A stretch of DNA of 52,253 bases, from positions 1 to 52,253 of the forward strand of contig JBEKTM010000002.1 in NCBI GenBank assembly GCA_049516035.1, given 5' to 3'. Shown piece after piece: positions 47,420 to 52,253 of this stretch; within the stretch, counting starts at the first letter, position 1; the number at the start of each line of letters is the position of its first letter. Source of the DNA: Dehalococcoidia bacterium (GTDB taxonomy: Bacteria; Chloroflexota; Dehalococcoidia; GIF9; AB-539-J10). Position numbers and translations under genes: made by a program. The notes below the pieces were generated by a model. That model was not told where the DNA came from. It did not search any database and saw only the letters and a list, made by a program, of their open reading frames with translations.

Positions 47420-48815
47420 TTTCTTTCTTCCCTTCCCTTGTAAGTCCCAGCCTCAGGGCTTCAGCCACCGAGCCAACTTGGAACAACTGAATATCGGCGA
47501 AGTCAAAGGATGGCTTGGATTTAAGTCTGGGTATAAGGCAGGATTTAAAGCCCAACCTGATGGCCTCAGCAATTCTTCTCTCTACTTGTGATACACCTCT
47601 AAGCTCTCCATTCAACCCCACCTCTCCTAGAGCAACCAAGCCTGAAATTGGCTTGGCATCACGAAAACTAGAAGCAATGGCTAGGGTGATTCCTAAGTCA
47701 ACCGCTGGCTCATTGACTCTTAAACCACCAGTAACGTTGACTATAATATCCTGGTTGAAAAGCTTTAATCCGGCACGCTTAGTGAGCACAGCAATTATCA
47801 ACAGTAGCCGATTAAAATCAACGCCGTTAGAGATGCGCCTTGGTGGAGTAAAGCTATTGGAGGTAGTCAAAGCCTGAATCTCTACCAACAAAGGGCGATT
47901 CCCTTCAAGAGTGGGCACCACCACTGAGCCCATAGTTTCATCCTTATATGCGGATAAGAAAACCCGAGAGGGATTATCTACTTCTATTAGTCCCCTATCG
48001 CTCATCTCAAATATTCCTACCTCGTTAGTGGAACCAAAACGATTCTTTGCGCTGCGTAACACTCGGTAACTACTAAACGGTTCGCCTTCGAAGTAAAGCA
48101 CCACGTCAACGATATGTTCCAGCGTTCCCGGACCAGCAATGGCTCCTTCTTTGGTCACATGTCCAGTGATTAACAGGGGCACATTATTTTGTTTCGCCCA
48201 CCTCTCCAACCTCCAGGTGCACTCCCGCACCTGGGAAATACTGCCTGGCATCCCGGCCACATCTTCTAAATACATAGTCTGAATGGAATCGATAATTGCT
48301 AATTCAGGTGAAAGTCCTTCTAAACATTCTAATACGGCAACTAAATCGGGCTCAGACAGAAAGTATATTCCTTTGCCTCCTATACCGAGTCGCTCACTCC
48401 TAAGTTTAACCTGATTGATAGATTCCTCACCGGAGATATAGGCGACGACTTTATGATTATCAGCCATCATCGCTGAAATTTGGAGTAAAAGCGTAGACTT
48501 GCCTATTCCTGGCTCCCCACCAACAAGCACCAGAGAGCCGGGGACTAAACCACCCCCCAGAACTCGGTTCACTTCAGCAAAACCAAGGGGAAAGCGAAGA
48601 AAGTCACCTTTCTCTACTTGGGAAAGTTCTTGGGGTTTATTTTCGCTAGAGTAAGGCCGGCTGGGAGCACGGGATACAGTGACTCTAGTTTCTACGAAGC
48701 TATTCCAGGCTTGGCAATCAGGGCAGTGTCCTAACCACTTAAGACTTTCCTTGCCACATTGCTGACAAATGAAGACATTTTTGAATTTGGATCTGCCTTG
48801 ATTATTAGATTTCAA
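47388..48815 (-). CDS. radA: DNA repair protein RadA/Sms
   Basis: CQQC..CPDC, GEPGIGKST, KNRFG. Confidence 0.96.
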   Translation of the reverse strand: MKSNNQGRSKFKNVFICQQCGKESLKWLGHCPDCQAWNSFVETRVTVSRAPSRPYSSENKPQELSQVEKGDFLRFPLGFAEVNRVLGGGLVPGSLVLVGGEPGIGKSTLLLQISAMMADNHKVVAYISGEESINQVKLRSERLGIGGKGIYFLSEPDLVAVLECLEGLSPELAIIDSIQTMYLEDVAGMPGSISQVRECTWRLERWAKQNNVPLLITGHVTKEGAIAGPGTLEHIVDVVLYFEGEPFSSYRVLRSAKNRFGSTNEVGIFEMSDRGLIEVDNPSRVFLSAYKDETMGSVVVPTLEGNRPLLVEIQALTTSNSFTPPRRISNGVDFNRLLLIIAVLTKRAGLKLFNQDIIVNVTGGLRVNEPAVDLGITLAIASSFRDAKPISGLVALGEVGLNGELRGVSQVERRIAEAIRLGFKSCLIPRLKSKPSFDFADIQLFQVGSVAEALRLGLTREGKKESAKGENTGQE

Positions 48816-48833
48816 ATCTGCTGGCCAAGATAC

Positions 48834-49055
48834 TTAATACTCTATAACGGCTAGCTTTTCCCCAGTCTTAACTATCTGCCCTGGTGAAACTGCCACCTCT
48901 ACAACTGAGGCTTTTACTGGAGATAATATCGGATTTTCCATCTTCATAGCTTCTATGGTGCAAATCACGCCACCTTCCTTGACTGTATTCCCCACGGTTA
49001 CCTCAACCCGTACTATTTTTCCAGGTAGTGGCGCTTCGATTACTTCTCTAGTCAT
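48834..49055 (-). CDS. Stand-alone biotin/lipoyl carrier protein
   Basis: 'IEAMKMENPI'. Confidence 0.9.
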   Translation of the reverse strand: MTREVIEAPLPGKIVRVEVTVGNTVKEGGVICTIEAMKMENPILSPVKASVVEVAVSPGQIVKTGEKLAVIEY

Positions 49056-49057
49056 AT

Positions 49058-51517
49058 TTATACAGTTACCTTAACCAATTGTTTCATTACAATTTTCTCA
49101 TCGACACAGTCCACAACTACTGTGTTTCCAGGCGAGAATTCACCACTCAGCAAAGCCTCGGAGAGTGGATCCTCAACCAAATTCTGGATGGTGCGACGCA
49201 AGTGGCGGGCTCCAAAATCAGGGTCATAACCCTTCTTGCCTATAAAATCCCTAGCTGCATCTGTTACTCCCAAAGTGATATTCTTCTCTCCAACGGAAGC
49301 GATAACCTGTTTAAGCATCAGGTCCACAATCTGGCGGATATGCTCTTCGCTTAGAGCATGGAACACGACCGTGGCATCAAGACGGTTACGGAACTCCGGT
49401 CGAAATTTGTCCTTCATCACGTCGAGCACTTTCTCCTTCATTTTCTCGTACTCCACCCGCTGTTTTCCCTCGCCTTCGATGTGAGCAGCAAAACCGAGGG
49501 TCATATCACGCTTAATAAGCTCAGCACCGACATTGCTGGTCATGACTATGATGCTATTACGAAAATCAACCCTGCGCCCTTTGGCATCGGTCAAATGACC
49601 ATCGTCGAAAATCTGGAGCAGGATATTGAATACATTATAATGCGCCTTTTCAATCTCATCGAGAAGAATAACACAATAGGACTTCCGCCTTACTGCCTCA
49701 GTCAATTGACCACCTTCCTCATAACCAATATAACCTGGTGGTGCTCCAACTAAGCGAGCTACATTGTGAGGCTCCATAAACTCCGACATATCAAGCCTGA
49801 CCAAAGCATCTTCGCTGCCAAACATGAACTCGGCCAAAGCCCTTACCAATTCAGTTTTACCTACTCCGGTAGGACCCAAAAACATGAAGACGCCGGTGGG
49901 ACGCCTCGGGTCTTTTAATCCAGCTCGAGTCCTCCTTACCGCTTTAGCCACGGTATTTATAGCCTCATCCTGGCCAATGATACGCTTATGTAGAGCCTCC
50001 TCCATCTGTAAAAGGCGGCTGGATTCATCTTTAGTCAACTTTATCACAGGTATGCCCGTCCACATGCTGACTACCTCAGCAATATCCTCTGAGGTAACTA
50101 CAGGTCGGCCTTGTTCCTGCTTAATTCGCCACTCCCCTTCCATGGTCTCGATTTTCTGCGTTAGCTGAAGCTCACGATCACGCAACTCGCTGGAATAGTC
50201 ATACTGTTGACCTGCCATAGCCGATTCTTTTTCCTTGCGTACACTTTCCAAAGCCCGCCTTGCCTCAGCTAAGCCAATAGGGGCACTACCCCGTTTAATG
50301 CGTACTCGAGAGCCAGCTTCGTCTACCAAATCAATAGCCTTATCGGGCAAAAATCGGTCCGCTATATATCTGGTAGCCAGCATAGCCGCTGTCTGCAAGG
50401 CTTCGTCGCTTATATCCAATTGGTGAAATTCTTCATATCTGTGTTTAATGCCCCGCAATATTTCCAAGGTTTCTTCCATAGTAGGCTCAGCTACCAAGAT
50501 AGGTTGAAACCGCCGTTCCAAAGCCGGGTCTTTCTCCACATATTTGCGGTAGTCGTCCAAAGTAGTGGCACCGATACATTGAATCTCGCCACGCGACAAC
50601 GAAGGTTTCAGGAGATTAGAGGCGTCAACCGCACCTTCAGCTGCTCCAGCACCCACAATAGTCTGCATTTCATCAATAAATAAGATGCAATTACCGGCGG
50701 CTTTCTCTTCCTCAATTACTTTCTTCAACCTCTCTTCAAATTCACCACGATATTTTGTTCCCGCCACTAGAGCACCTATATCTAGGGATATTATCCTCTT
50801 GCCCAGCAGGATCTCAGGAACCTCCCCAGCTACTATACGCTGGGCCAGCCCTTCAACAATAGCTGTTTTGCCTACACCTGCTTCGCCTATAAGCGCAGGA
50901 TTATTCTTAGTACGACGGCTTAGTATTTGAACTATCCGTTCAATTTCCTTGTTACGCCCAATAATAGGGTCCAGTTTATCCGCCCGGGCTAGGGCAGTTA
51001 AATCAGTCCCAAGTTGATCCAAGGTCGGTGTACGTGTGGCCGCGCGACCTGTGGTACGAGCTCGCGCAGTTTCCTGCCTAACAACTCGATTGACTTCATC
51101 ACGTGTGCGCTCCAGGGTAATACCAAAACTCTCTAAAACACTGAAAGCTACTCCTTCGCTTTCGCGCAGTAATCCCAGCAAGAGGTGCTCAACACCTATA
51201 TAGCTGGAATTAAGACGACGTGCCTCATCCACAGCAAACTCAATGGCTCTTTTTGCCCGAGGAGCAAGGTCAACATCTCCCTTGGTGGCTCGGCGCTCTC
51301 CTTTTCCAATCACAAATTCTACAGCTGCCTGTATCTTACTCGTTGAGATACCAAAATTACTCAAAACTTTGGCTGCAATCCCTAACTCTTCCCCGGCTAT
51401 TCCCAATAATATGTGCTCGGTATCGATGTAATTGTGGCCCAGGCGTTGTGCCTCTCCTTGAGCCCGGGTCAGCACTCTACGAGCTCCCTCAGAAAACCTT
51501 TCAAATCCTGTGCTCAT
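49058..51517 (-). CDS. clpC: Clp protease ATPase subunit ClpC
   Basis: Clp-N repeats, [11 protein letters not shown] middle domain, GPTGVGKT, 'LGF' ClpP loop. Confidence 0.96.
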   Translation of the reverse strand: MSTGFERFSEGARRVLTRAQGEAQRLGHNYIDTEHILLGIAGEELGIAAKVLSNFGISTSKIQAAVEFVIGKGERRATKGDVDLAPRAKRAIEFAVDEARRLNSSYIGVEHLLLGLLRESEGVAFSVLESFGITLERTRDEVNRVVRQETARARTTGRAATRTPTLDQLGTDLTALARADKLDPIIGRNKEIERIVQILSRRTKNNPALIGEAGVGKTAIVEGLAQRIVAGEVPEILLGKRIISLDIGALVAGTKYRGEFEERLKKVIEEEKAAGNCILFIDEMQTIVGAGAAEGAVDASNLLKPSLSRGEIQCIGATTLDDYRKYVEKDPALERRFQPILVAEPTMEETLEILRGIKHRYEEFHQLDISDEALQTAAMLATRYIADRFLPDKAIDLVDEAGSRVRIKRGSAPIGLAEARRALESVRKEKESAMAGQQYDYSSELRDRELQLTQKIETMEGEWRIKQEQGRPVVTSEDIAEVVSMWTGIPVIKLTKDESSRLLQMEEALHKRIIGQDEAINTVAKAVRRTRAGLKDPRRPTGVFMFLGPTGVGKTELVRALAEFMFGSEDALVRLDMSEFMEPHNVARLVGAPPGYIGYEEGGQLTEAVRRKSYCVILLDEIEKAHYNVFNILLQIFDDGHLTDAKGRRVDFRNSIIVMTSNVGAELIKRDMTLGFAAHIEGEGKQRVEYEKMKEKVLDVMKDKFRPEFRNRLDATVVFHALSEEHIRQIVDLMLKQVIASVGEKNITLGVTDAARDFIGKKGYDPDFGARHLRRTIQNLVEDPLSEALLSGEFSPGNTVVVDCVDEKIVMKQLVKVTV

Positions 51518-51658
51518 TTCAATCCTACTCGCAATTTTAACCTAGAGTAAGTATAGAACATACTACTCCTTCAGTCAACAAGCTCAGCTTACTTGAACTA
51601 AGCGATAAAATGATAATATACTATAATACGGTGAAATCATCATTGAAGGTCAATAAAA

Positions 51659-52207
51659 ATGCGTGTCACTGGTGGTAAAGTAAAAGGGGCTCATTTAAAA
51701 ACTCTACCAAGGCACTCCATTAGACCCACGACCAGTGTGGTAAAGCAAGCTATATTCTCTATTTTGGAGAACAGCACTACTAATTGGCGCCAGGTTCTTG
51801 ATTTATACGCCGGCAGCGGTGCTCTGGGTATCGAAGCTCTAAGCCGTAGGGCAGAATGGGTCGATTTTGTTGACTACAGAAAAAGTTGCTGTGATATTAT
51901 CAAAACCAACTTGGAAAAAATAGGGGAACTACAACGGGCGCACATTTACTGTTGTAGTGTGAACAGAGCACTTACCTTCCTTAACGGTAGCTATGACATT
52001 ATCTTCATAGACCCACCTTACTCTGACCCCTCTACCAATAATCTATTAATAAATTTAGCTAATTCAAAATTATTGAGAGAAAACTCTACAATTGTGCTTT
52101 GCCACGCAAACCGCTTCCCCTTAAATTCCGACTATGATGGACTTCATCTTGTTAAGCAACGCCGCTACGGTGACACTTTTATTTTTATATACCAAAAGGA
52201 GGTTTAG
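51659..52207 (+). CDS. rsmD: 16S rRNA m2G966 methyltransferase
   Basis: 'RPTT', 'LDLYAGSGALGIEALSR', 'DPPY'. Confidence 0.93.
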   Translation: MRVTGGKVKGAHLKTLPRHSIRPTTSVVKQAIFSILENSTTNWRQVLDLYAGSGALGIEALSRRAEWVDFVDYRKSCCDIIKTNLEKIGELQRAHIYCCSVNRALTFLNGSYDIIFIDPPYSDPSTNNLLINLANSKLLRENSTIVLCHANRFPLNSDYDGLHLVKQRRYGDTFIFIYQKEV

Positions 52208-52209
52208 CT

Positions 52210-52253
52210 ATGGTCGCAGCAGTTTATCCAGGTACCTTTGACCCTCTCACCTA
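52210..52253 (+). CDS. coaD: Phosphopantetheine adenylyltransferase, 5' fragment
   Basis: MVAAVYPGTFDPLT directly after rsmD. Confidence 0.8.
   Translation, partial: MVAAVYPGTFDPLT

Overview
Chromosomal segment whose gene content and style suggest a Dehalococcoidia-like Chloroflexota bacterium; this is an inference, not a taxonomic assignment. It has four parts. (1) 1-5.1 kb is a signalling block: partial 7TM-GAF sensor, GH3-family ligase, two small DNA-binding proteins and an atypical NarL/LuxR regulator. (2) 5.5-25.8 kb is a secretin-less type IV pilus locus (PilB, PilC, pilins, 873-aa PilX-type adhesin, PilO, PilM-N fusion, PilT, major pilin). It is interleaved with five toxin-antitoxin pairs and a dense mosaic of palindromic and heptamer repeats. 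PilB carries two N-terminal degenerate restriction-endonuclease-fold domains. The same tandem pair occurs in a TackOD1-type Zn-ribbon protein at the other end of the locus, and the two genes have closely similar promoters. (3) 26.4-38.0 kb is a tRNA cluster split by a 10.6-kb element integrated in tRNA-Arg(CCT) with duplication of the tRNA 5' half. The element encodes an integrase, Xis, lambda-O-like Rep with iterons, DnaC, tail chaperone, short tape measure, TerS and a two-gene TerL, but no capsid, portal or tail tube, so it is a candidate phage satellite. (4) 38.3-52.2 kb is housekeeping (gatB, secG, DUF62, tsaA, IscU, Mrp, coaE, ispF, ispD, radA, clpC, rsmD, partial coaD). All calls are by eye from sequence and motifs; no searches were run.
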